6,105 nt of DNA, taken from positions 1-6,105 of IMG/VR virus record IMGVR_UViG_3300039366_000164, one strand, 5' to 3'. The stretch comes from a virus. Taxonomy: Duplodnaviria; Heunggongvirae; Uroviricota; Caudoviricetes. The notes under the pieces are model-generated. The model saw nothing but the letters and a program-made list of their open reading frames with translations, was not told where the DNA came from and ran no database searches. The position numbers were made by a program, and so were the translations under genes. Positions 1 to 6,105 of this stretch are shown in pieces; positions within the stretch are counted from its first letter, which is position 1; each line of letters begins with the position of its first letter.

Positions 1-2313
1 ACAGCGTTATATTCACCCATAGCATTGGCATCAACAGTTGAGTATGGTGAGACAGTTGATGGTGTTGTCCTGGAAAAAGATATCCAGCTGGTTTATGGGA
101 CCGCCAATAATACGAAAATCAATCCTGGCGGAGAACAGCATATTAAAGAATTTGGTATAAGTAGTAATACTGAAATTAACGGCGGGTATCAGTACATTGA
201 AATGAATGGCACCGCAGAATACTCAGTATTAAATGACGGTTATCAAATTGTTCAAATGGGTGGCGCGGCAAACCAGACTACCCTCAATAATGGTGTGCTA
301 CAGGTTTATGGCGCAGCGAATGATCCCACGATTAAAGGCGGGCGCTTAATCGTTGAAAAAGATGGGATTACCGTCCTTGCCGCTATCGAAAAGGGAGGAT
401 TACTGGAGGTTAAAGAGGGGGGATTAGCGATTGCGGTAGATCAGAAAGCAGGCGGAAAATTAATTGTCTCAACGAATGCGCTGGAAGTGAGTGGTACAAA
501 CAGTAAAGGTCAATTTAGTATAAAAGATGGTGTGTCAAAAAATTATGAACTGGATGATGGTTCCGGGCTCATTGTTATGGAGGACACGCAGGCCATTGAT
601 ACTATCCTTGATGAGCATGCCACTATGCAATCGCTGGGAAAGGATACTGGGACGAGAGTGCAGGCAAATGCGGTGTATGATCTCGGTCGATCAGATCAGA
701 ATGGAAGTATCACGTATTCCTCAAAAGCCATCTCTGAAAATATGGTTATCAACAATGGCCGCGCTAACGTCTGGGCTGGCACAATGGTTAACGTTTCAGT
801 CAGAGGGAATGATGGCATTCTTGAGGTCATGAAGCCGCAAATAAATTATGCACCCGCAATGTTGGTGGGTAAGGTAGTGGTTTCTGAGGGCGCTTCTTTT
901 AGAACGCATGGTGCCGTGGATACCAGCAAAGCGGACGTTTCGCTCGAAAATAGCGTATGGACCATCATTGCCGATATCACTACGACGAACCAAAACACCC
1001 TCCTCAACTTAGCCAACCTTGCGATGTCTGACGCAAATGTGATTATGATGGATGAGCCAGTGACTCGTTCATCAGTGACGGCAAGTGCGGAAAATTTCAT
1101 TACGTTGACCACCAATACCCTGTCGGGAAACGGCAATTTTTATATGCGTACCGATATGGCTAATCATCAGAGCGATCAGCTCAACGTCACCGGTCAGGCA
1201 ACAGGTGATTTCAAAATATTCGTGACGGACACCGGTGCCAGCCCGGCAGCAGGAGATAGCCTTACACTGGTAACAACGGGCGGCGGTGATGCTGCATTTA
1301 CGTTGGGCAATGCTGGAGGCGTTGTTGATATCGGTACGTATGAATATACCTTGCTGGATAATGGCAACCATAGCTGGAGTTTGGCAGAGAATCGCGCGCA
1401 AATTACCCCTTCAACCACTGATGTGCTGAATATGGCGGCCGCACAACCGCTGGTATTTGATGCAGAACTGGACACCGTGCGTGAGCGTCTTGGTAGCGTA
1501 AAAGGCGTTAGTTACGATACGGCGATGTGGAGTTCGGCAATTAACACCCGCAACAACGTGACCACTGATGCGGGAGCTGGTTTTGAGCAAACATTGACGG
1601 GCCTGACGCTCGGTATCGATAGCCGTTTCTCCCGTGAAGAAAGCAGTACAATTCGCGGCTTGTTCTTTGGTTACTCTCATTCTGATATTGGTTTTGATCG
1701 CGGCGGAAAAGGTAATATCGATAGCTATACCCTGGGGGCTTATGCCGGTTGGGAGCATCAGAACGGTGCCTATGTTGATGGGGTGGTGAAAGTTGACCGT
1801 TTTGCCAACACCATCCATGGCAAGATGAGTAATGGGGCAACAGCGTTTGGCGATTACAATAGTAACGGCGCGGGTGCTCATGTTGAGAGCGGGTTCCGTT
1901 GGGTTGACGGATTGTGGAGTGTTAGACCCTATCTGGCCTTTACCGGCTTTACCACAGATGGTCAGGACTACACGTTATCAAACGGCATGCGCGCTGATGT
2001 GGGAAATACCCGGATATTACGCGCTGAAGCGGGAACGGCGGTAAGCTATCACATGGACCTGCAAAATGGTACGACGCTGGAACCCTGGCTGAAAGCCGCC
2101 GTACGTCAGGAATACGCCGATTCTAACCAGGTGAAAGTTAATGACGATGGCAAATTTAATAATGATGTGGCTGGAGCCCGTGGCGTTTATCAGGCTGGGA
2201 TAAGGTCATCGTTTACCCCGACGTTAAGCGGTCATTTGTCAGTCAGCTATGGCAATGGCGCAGGGGTAGAATCGCCGTGGAATACTCAGGCGGGTGTGGT
2301 CTGGACGTTCTGA
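1..2313 (+). CDS. yejO: AIDA-I-type autotransporter adhesin, 5'-partial (gene begins upstream of window); passenger beta-helix repeats plus C-terminal outer-membrane beta-barrel translocator domain
   Basis: Seen: frame 1 is open from base 1 to TGA at 2311-2313 (tandem TGA TAA); the TTG at 25 in the ORF track is not the real start. Translation shows Gly/Asn/Thr-rich ~20-aa repeats typical of pertactin/AIDA passengers (e.g. VYGTANNTKINPGG, VYGAANDPTIKGG), an autotransporter linker (AAQPLVFDAELDTVRERLG, near nt 1440) and a beta-barrel ending in the aromatic signature ...GVVWTF. Symbol is by synteny only: convergent tRNA-Pro about 100 bp downstream matches my recollection of the K-12 proL/yejO arrangement; not verified by alignment. 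Confidence 0.85.
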   Translation, partial: TALYSPIALASTVEYGETVDGVVLEKDIQLVYGTANNTKINPGGEQHIKEFGISSNTEINGGYQYIEMNGTAEYSVLNDGYQIVQMGGAANQTTLNNGVLQVYGAANDPTIKGGRLIVEKDGITVLAAIEKGGLLEVKEGGLAIAVDQKAGGKLIVSTNALEVSGTNSKGQFSIKDGVSKNYELDDGSGLIVMEDTQAIDTILDEHATMQSLGKDTGTRVQANAVYDLGRSDQNGSITYSSKAISENMVINNGRANVWAGTMVNVSVRGNDGILEVMKPQINYAPAMLVGKVVVSEGASFRTHGAVDTSKADVSLENSVWTIIADITTTNQNTLLNLANLAMSDANVIMMDEPVTRSSVTASAENFITLTTNTLSGNGNFYMRTDMANHQSDQLNVTGQATGDFKIFVTDTGASPAAGDSLTLVTTGGGDAAFTLGNAGGVVDIGTYEYTLLDNGNHSWSLAENRAQITPSTTDVLNMAAAQPLVFDAELDTVRERLGSVKGVSYDTAMWSSAINTRNNVTTDAGAGFEQTLTGLTLGIDSRFSREESSTIRGLFFGYSHSDIGFDRGGKGNIDSYTLGAYAGWEHQNGAYVDGVVKVDRFANTIHGKMSNGATAFGDYNSNGAGAHVESGFRWVDGLWSVRPYLAFTGFTTDGQDYTLSNGMRADVGNTRILRAEAGTAVSYHMDLQNGTTLEPWLKAAVRQEYADSNQVKVNDDGKFNNDVAGARGVYQAGIRSSFTPTLSGHLSVSYGNGAGVESPWNTQAGVVWTF

Positions 2314-2374
2314 TAACAGAAAATAAACAGGCTGTGATGTGTCACGGTCTGTTTATCGAATTAATTGCAGATAT

Positions 2375-2406
2375 AAAAAAACCAACCGTAATGGTTGGTT
2401 TTTTTT
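2375..2406. terminator. Bidirectional rho-independent terminator (A6, 7-bp stem ACCAACC/GGTTGGT, 5-nt loop, T7)
   Basis: Seen: aaaaaa-ACCAACC-gtaat-GGTTGGT-ttttttt. Perfect stem with A-run on one side and T-run on the other, so it can terminate both the plus-strand autotransporter gene and the minus-strand tRNA whose 3' end is at 2415. Confidence 0.6.
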
Positions 2407-2414
2407 GGGATTTT

Positions 2415-2462
2415 TGGTCGGCACGAGAGGATTTGAACCTCCGACCCCCGACACCCCATGTC
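2415..2462 (-). other. 3' fragment (~48 nt) of tRNA-Pro (proL-like): att core copy at a prophage/chromosome junction, not a functional tRNA
   Basis: Seen: minus strand reads GACATGGGGTGTCGGGGGTCGGAGGTTCAAATCCTCTCGTGCCGACCA, i.e. anticodon loop with GGG anticodon, variable loop, T-arm (GGAGG-TTCAAAT-CCTCT), acceptor 3' strand and CCA. Upstream of this (2463-2492) there is no U8, no D-loop GG, no D-stem, and the anticodon stem is mispaired at its outer two positions. Established knowledge: integrases targeting tRNA 3' ends leave a partial 3' copy at one prophage end. Exact left boundary of identity is uncertain by a few nt. Confidence 0.75.
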
Positions 2463-2511
2463 ACCGCGCCTGAAACGCTGGAGGCCGCGCCGTTACTGGG
2501 CTGGTGGGGTG

Positions 2512-2540
2512 TTTTACTGTATGCGCAAACAGTGTATAAT
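2512..2540 (+). promoter_or_regulatory. Candidate sigma70 promoter (-35 TTTACT, 17-bp spacer, -10 TATAAT) facing the cargo cassette
   Basis: Seen: perfect TATAAT at 2535-2540 with TTTACT at 2512-2517. A consensus TTGACA also occurs at 2657-2662 but has no convincing -10 at 16-18 bp. Sequence-pattern prediction only. Confidence 0.3.
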
Positions 2541-2702
2541 TCGCAAAATTCACGCTATATACATCAATGACTTAGGTGGTGGTTTCTCCCCATATAATTT
2601 TTTTACTTTTTGATCACAAGCCTTTTTTTTGATAAAAGTTTGCTACGGTTTCTGCCTTGACATAAGATTGAGTTGAAACCTCAGCTTGATGAGGAGGAGC
2701 AA

Positions 2703-2903
2703 ATGGCAAATAACAAACAAAGACATGTTGATGACATGACGGACTATGCTCGCATCAGAGTTGGCTCGAGGGGAGGTGCTTACATACCCTCTGAGGAAAT
2801 TGCCAATCTCCCTGAAGTCAGGGATATGCAGCAGCGAGCAGCAGCTATAGTAGGACGAGCTGCTAGAGTGCAAACTATGCAAAAAGCAAAGGAAAAGGTT
2901 TAG
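2703..2903 (+). CDS. Hypothetical small basic protein (66 aa), first gene of AT-rich cargo cassette; function unknown
   Basis: Seen: ATG at 2703 preceded by strong SD GAGGAGG (2691-2697) with 5-nt spacer; stop TAG 2901-2903. The ORF-track start at 2673 is a TTG with no SD, so I prefer 2703. Translation MANNKQRHVDDMTDYARIRVGSRGG... is Arg/Lys-rich (12 basic vs 8 acidic residues). No family recognised by eye. Confidence 0.6.
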   Translation: MANNKQRHVDDMTDYARIRVGSRGGAYIPSEEIANLPEVRDMQQRAAAIVGRAARVQTMQKAKEKV

Positions 2904-2907
2904 CTAG

Positions 2908-3759
2908 GTGATTGCTTTACTACTGATTCCCATTCTTGTTAGCGGCTACATTTTAGTAGTCGCTAATTTATATCATTACTATCAATTGCATCGATACGAT
3001 GGCCAACTTTTGTATATAAAAGTTGCAGCTCATGGAACAATGAGTGTTGTTTTTGTGATTTTAGCAGCAGTAGTAGTGAAATATTTCTTTCCTAATTTTC
3101 ACCCAATAGGAATGCTTTCAGATATTCTTAATGTCAAGAAAATAATAAATGGTAATAAAGCTGAAACATGGCTTGCTTTGATTTCATTATCATCAATTAT
3201 ATTTTCTTTAATTTGGGTGGCTTTAGTTTGGTTAAAAAATATGTTTTTTGGTTTCTTTTGTGAAAAGAAACATCATGAAAACATCTTTCATGCTAAGAAA
3301 CTTAGAGTATTAAGAAAAACAATTTCTAACTCAACTTTGGATAGTATGCTTTTAGATGCATTAGAAAGCAGTCCTAAAGAACCGATTCTAATAACCTTAT
3401 CTTCACGGAAAGTTTATGTTGGTATAGTTAATGGAATTCAAGAACCAACAGAAAGCGAAGCGCCAAATAGTTATATATCAATTTTCCCTATTATGTCAGG
3501 CTATAGAGATAAAGATACTCTTTCCATCACCTTTACGAATTCATATCCATCAGAAGTACTAGTGAGTTCAGCTATTACAATGGACTCCCAAAAAAGGCAT
3601 AAAGTGAAAAATATGGATATAATATTTCGTGCTGATGAAATTTCTCATCTTTCATGGTTCGATTTTGAACTATTTGAACAAGTCAATGATTCGATGAAGC
3701 ACGATACCATTGACTTGCGAAGTGAGACTTACTCAGGGGAAACTAGCGAAAATTTTTAG
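2908..3759 (+). CDS. Hypothetical membrane protein (283 aa): three predicted N-terminal TM helices plus ~170-aa soluble C-terminal domain; function unknown
   Basis: Seen: GTG at 2908, 4 nt after the upstream stop (translational coupling), purine-rich AAGGAAAAGG 11-20 nt upstream. Hydrophobic segments IALLLIPILVSGYILVVANLY, MSVVFVILAAVVVKYFF, WLALISLSSIIFSLIWVALVWL, then a polar C-terminal domain. Very AT-rich, AT-biased codons. Start codon uncertain (first in-frame ATG would delete TM1). No family recognised. Confidence 0.65.
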   Translation: MIALLLIPILVSGYILVVANLYHYYQLHRYDGQLLYIKVAAHGTMSVVFVILAAVVVKYFFPNFHPIGMLSDILNVKKIINGNKAETWLALISLSSIIFSLIWVALVWLKNMFFGFFCEKKHHENIFHAKKLRVLRKTISNSTLDSMLLDALESSPKEPILITLSSRKVYVGIVNGIQEPTESEAPNSYISIFPIMSGYRDKDTLSITFTNSYPSEVLVSSAITMDSQKRHKVKNMDIIFRADEISHLSWFDFELFEQVNDSMKHDTIDLRSETYSGETSENF

Positions 3760-4945
3760 TAATTTCAGGTTTCGCTAAAATTTCAGCATGAGGTACACAC
3801 ACCCAATCGATATGATTTTTAGTATAAATTTTTGTAGATTTGGCGTCGCTGTGTGCCATGCGGCCTTGCGGATCTATTCCCTGCTGATCGAAAAGGTGTG
3901 CCGCCAGCGCACGGATTTCGTGGAAGGTTGGTCTTTCTTCCATGGGTACATTGTCAAATAGTCTCAACCGATCACGAATTGCGGAAAACGATCTACTTAA
4001 ATAATCTGGGGCAACTTGTGTCGGATGTGAAACCTCTTTGCTTCGTTTAACTTGGCGTTCTGGGATCCTGTGAACGACAAACGGACTTGCCACATTATCT
4101 CTGCTATCGTCAATTATCCGTTTCAACTCTTCACCAATCGGTATTGCAACGTGTGATGCCTCTTTTTTTTGTACTTTCTGCCTATGGATATATAGTGTCC
4201 CATAAATACCGTTTTTTGGCTGTTCTAACCATACGCACCCGCAGATGCCGTCTTTAGGTTCGCGAATTGAGTAACGGATTCGCGATACTTCGAGTCGTGC
4301 ATGTGTAGTTTGCAATGCTAGATCCATTGCTGTTCTTAACCATGGTGCAGCGGCCTGCCTGATAGCTATAAAATGCTCGAGTGACAGGCGCCGTCTTTTC
4401 TTCTCATCAGTCCTACGCATTTTTTTTCTGATGGCCGGGTTATCCAGCATTAGTGATTCATCGACCGCATAAGAGAACAACTTTTTAAGAAAGCTGACCT
4501 TTCTGTTCTGCACATTTGCGGATGCGCTGGCATGATATTTGTTGATGTAGGTATTAACGTGTTCAAGTTCGATATCGCATGCCGGAACATTTACGAAAAA
4601 CGCTTTTACGCGTAGAGCGTCATTTTTCCAGTCATCTAAGGTACTCTGGGAAGGACGTTCGTCTTCGATAATCCGGGTCATTATGTGATCAACATGTTCA
4701 GCAAATGGTTTTGCTTCTCCGATAACACCGCCAGATTCTCTAATAAGATTTTCTACTGATGGAGATAATTCTGGTCTCATCCTCAGGTTGTACTCTCTGG
4801 CGATTGCAATAGCTATTGCCCTATCCTTACCTATATTTTTCTTCTTTCCGGTAATAAGTGTGAATTTATAAACACCTCGATCTTTATCAAAAATCAGATA
4901 ATCAGGAAGATGTCTGTATTCTTTTTTACGTGGCCTTGCCGCCAT
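3743..4945 (-). CDS. int: Site-specific tyrosine recombinase, lambda-family phage integrase
   Basis: Seen: 400-aa ORF. N-terminus MAARPRKKEYRHLPDYLIFDKDRGVYKFTLITGKKKNIGKDRAIAIAIA parallels the lambda Int arm-binding domain as I recall it (R-x-LP-x-L ... GK ... G-x-DR-x-IAI). C-terminus has HEIRALAAHLF and HSDAKSTKIYTKNH, consistent with the conserved His/Arg and catalytic Tyr box. Start: ATG at 4945 has SD GAGGGG 5 nt upstream; the GTG at 4951 from the ORF track overlaps the xis stop (GTGA) and is the alternative. Confidence 0.93.
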   Translation of the reverse strand: MAARPRKKEYRHLPDYLIFDKDRGVYKFTLITGKKKNIGKDRAIAIAIAREYNLRMRPELSPSVENLIRESGGVIGEAKPFAEHVDHIMTRIIEDERPSQSTLDDWKNDALRVKAFFVNVPACDIELEHVNTYINKYHASASANVQNRKVSFLKKLFSYAVDESLMLDNPAIRKKMRRTDEKKRRRLSLEHFIAIRQAAAPWLRTAMDLALQTTHARLEVSRIRYSIREPKDGICGCVWLEQPKNGIYGTLYIHRQKVQKKEASHVAIPIGEELKRIIDDSRDNVASPFVVHRIPERQVKRSKEVSHPTQVAPDYLSRSFSAIRDRLRLFDNVPMEERPTFHEIRALAAHLFDQQGIDPQGRMAHSDAKSTKIYTKNHIDWVCVPHAEILAKPEITKNFR

Positions 4946-4947
4946 GG

Positions 4948-5157
4948 TCACCCCTCGTTTATTAACTTGCGAACAGCTTGACTAACCATTGAGTCGACTC
5001 CCCATTTTTCTGTTTCGCAGACAAAAACAGAACCGTCCACGATGCGTCCCATGAGTAGACCGTTCTCGACCCAACGTTTTATCGTTCGGTTGTCAGGAAT
5101 TGAGCCATTAGAGAATTCACGGCGTCCCCATTGGCTCGCTTTCATTAGTTTTGCCAT
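4948..5157 (-). CDS. xis: Excisionase (lambda Xis-like recombination directionality factor)
   Basis: Seen: 69-aa ORF from ATG at 5157 (SD GGAG 8 nt upstream); stop TGA at 4950-4948 abuts/overlaps the int start. MAKLMKASQWGRREFSNGSIPDNRTIKRWVENG...DGSVFV resembles the lambda Xis pattern (...EW...R...TVRRWVRE...DGREYLF) from memory. The longer ORF-track version (to 5202) lacks an SD. Confidence 0.75.
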   Translation of the reverse strand: MAKLMKASQWGRREFSNGSIPDNRTIKRWVENGLLMGRIVDGSVFVCETEKWGVDSMVSQAVRKLINEG

Positions 5158-5432
5158 GGCTGTTTCTCCACTTAGCCCGCTGCACTCGGGCAGTAATATC
5201 AAATTCCAGTCCTGATAATTAATTTTGTTCTCTGGTTGCTACCTGTTTTATTGGCCTGATGCTGTCCAGGATAAGACGGCGACGCATGTTTGGCGCACCC
5301 CAACGGTAACCAGTCTTTTTGTCGTAGGATTCACAACGTCCGGCAACCCAGGACGTTTCAGTGGAATGTAATTTCATCCGCTTTTCACCGTCTCGGGTGA
5401 GATAACAATTCCTGTATGAGTTTTTATCACGC

Positions 5433-5795
5433 TCATTTCTTAGTCTCCGGTGCTTTCGGCATTACTGCCCAGTGAGTGATATTGACGTTTTCAAGGTCCC
5501 CGACCTGAAATGTCCACTGCCATTCTCCGGTTTCTTTTTGCCCCCATGTGTACCAGAGAGAACGCCAGCCAATCAGCCAGCCTTCTCCACTAGCATCAAA
5601 TAACAGAACACTTTCATTTGCTGGTGGCAGTTCAGCTGACACTGGTATTATTTTGTTTTCCAGTGCCGCACATTTAGCTTCAAGCGCGTTGAATTTACGT
5701 ACCAGGTACTCAGCATTTGTTTCGTTCACTTTCAGATCTCGCGGTACACATTTCCCGCGAAGAAACCCTTCCATTTCGAAAACATTCATGCGCAT
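5433..5795 (-). CDS. Hypothetical phage early-region protein (120 aa; Trp-rich C-terminal half)
   Basis: Seen: ATG at 5795 with SD GGAG 8 nt upstream (alternative ATG at 5789 forms an ATGA overlap with the upstream gene stop); stop TGA 5435-5433. Same strand and operon context as xis/int. No confident family assignment. Confidence 0.6.
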   Translation of the reverse strand: MRMNVFEMEGFLRGKCVPRDLKVNETNAEYLVRKFNALEAKCAALENKIIPVSAELPPANESVLLFDASGEGWLIGWRSLWYTWGQKETGEWQWTFQVGDLENVNITHWAVMPKAPETKK

Positions 5796-5992
5796 TTGCG
5801 TAACTCCGATAACTCGTTAAAACGTTCCATAAACATCCCGTAGGCCTGGCCCGGTGCCAGTGGAATCACGTTGAACATCTCTGTTGCCGGGATGCCTTCC
5901 AGTACAGGCCAGAAAGAGCCATCATCAAGCCCGAGATCGCGGCGTTCGGTTGCCAGCATGATGAGATCGGCATATTTCACAGGCGTGCTCAT
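5786..5992 (-). CDS. Hypothetical phage early-region protein (68 aa)
   Basis: Seen: ATG at 5992 overlaps the stop of the upstream minus-strand ORF (ATGA) and its own stop overlaps the next gene start, suggesting translational coupling. Weak own SD. No family recognised. Confidence 0.5.
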   Translation of the reverse strand: MSTPVKYADLIMLATERRDLGLDDGSFWPVLEGIPATEMFNVIPLAPGQAYGMFMERFNELSELRKCA

Positions 5993-6105
5993 AACCGGGG
6001 TAACCCGTATTTCTCACGGATTACAGCGTCTATTTTTTCTTCCATCCGTTTATAGTCAGGAAGAAGGCGTTTCAGTGGCGCCGGGATGTCCTGGCAATAC
6101 GCTTC
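5989..6105 (-). CDS. 3' end of a further minus-strand phage gene entering from the right edge (partial; 38 C-terminal codons visible)
   Basis: Seen: minus-strand frame open from 6105 to TGA at 5991-5989 (...EAYCQDIPAPLKRLLPDYKRMEEKIDAVIREKYGLPRL*), overlapping the ATG of the 68-aa gene. Not in the ORF track because truncated by the window edge. Confidence 0.4.
   Translation of the reverse strand, partial: EAYCQDIPAPLKRLLPDYKRMEEKIDAVIREKYGLPRL

Larger units (their letters stand above)
2415..6105. mobile_element. Terminal segment of a lambda-family prophage / integrative element inserted in tRNA-Pro (att core, AT-rich cargo cassette, int, xis, early-region genes); continues beyond right edge
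   Basis: Seen: partial tRNA core, adjacent lambda-type int with overlapping xis, compact overlapping small genes on the same strand, and a compositional break against the flanking autotransporter gene. The other end with intact tRNA is inferred to lie to the right, outside the window. Confidence 0.75.

Noticed and set aside
527-2044. Several ORF-track ORFs on both strands inside the autotransporter gene (527-832 +, 796-993 -, 846-1136 -, 1072-1401 -, 1194-1475 -, 1411-1881 -, 1541-1840 -, 1832-2044 +)
   Set aside because: All lie entirely within the long frame-1 CDS, which has clear autotransporter features; their translations are low-complexity or Cys/His-rich without RBS support, as expected for shadow ORFs.
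2415-2492. Possible intact 78-nt tRNA: minus-strand CGGCGCG at 2486-2492 could pair 7/7 (one G-U) with the acceptor 3' strand
   Set aside because: The intervening sequence lacks U8, the D-loop GG, a D-stem, and has a mispaired anticodon stem. The pairing is more likely chance or a relic, so only the 3' ~48 nt is tRNA-derived.
2277-2570. 97-aa plus-strand ORF spanning the autotransporter 3' end, terminator and tRNA fragment
   Set aside because: It reads through an intrinsic terminator hairpin and a tRNA-derived segment, so it is an artefact of open frame.
2643-2882. 79-aa minus-strand ORF antisense to the small cargo gene
   Set aside because: Ser/Cys-rich low-complexity translation with no RBS; the plus-strand gene has a near-ideal SD.
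3761-3786. 8-bp direct repeat AATTTCAG x2 as a possible target-site duplication
   Set aside because: It lies inside the int reading frame (the recurring Glu-Ile codons) with no mobile-element features between the copies; retained only as a note under the int/cargo overlap finding.
3853-4050. 65-aa plus-strand ORF inside int
   Set aside because: Antisense to a strongly supported integrase CDS.
5548-5820. 90-aa plus-strand ORF antisense to the 120-aa phage gene
   Set aside because: No RBS and a low-complexity Ser/Arg-rich product; the minus-strand gene has an SD and operon context.
1-6105. CRISPR arrays, rRNA, IS elements or other transposons
   Set aside because: No regularly spaced repeats, terminal inverted repeats flanking a transposase-like ORF, or rRNA-like sequence were seen.

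Overview
The window appears to span a chromosome/prophage junction in an E. coli-like enterobacterial genome. Positions 1-2313 carry the 3' 2.3 kb of a large AIDA-I-type autotransporter gene; its reading frame is open from base 1, so the gene starts upstream of the window. By synteny it is probably yejO, which I recall lying convergent to proL in E. coli K-12. A bidirectional intrinsic terminator follows at 2375-2406. Positions 2415-2462 (minus strand) hold only the 3' ~48 nt of a tRNA-Pro gene; the 5' half is replaced by unrelated sequence, which is the signature of an att core copy left by a tRNA-integrating element. Rightward lies the end of a lambda-family prophage: a lambda-type tyrosine integrase (3743-4945, minus), an overlapping excisionase (4948-5157, minus) and translationally coupled small early-region genes running off the right edge. 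Between the att core and int sits a ~1.3 kb markedly AT-rich insert carrying a two-gene plus-strand cassette: a 66-aa basic protein with a strong Shine-Dalgarno, then 4 nt downstream a 283-aa protein with three N-terminal transmembrane helices and a ~170-aa soluble C-terminal domain. I recognise neither protein; the cassette converges on and overlaps the 3' end of int by 17 bp. It is the best candidate for an undescribed accessory system here, possibly defence or superinfection exclusion, but function is inference only. No CRISPR array, rRNA or IS element is evident. All composition statements are by-eye estimates.
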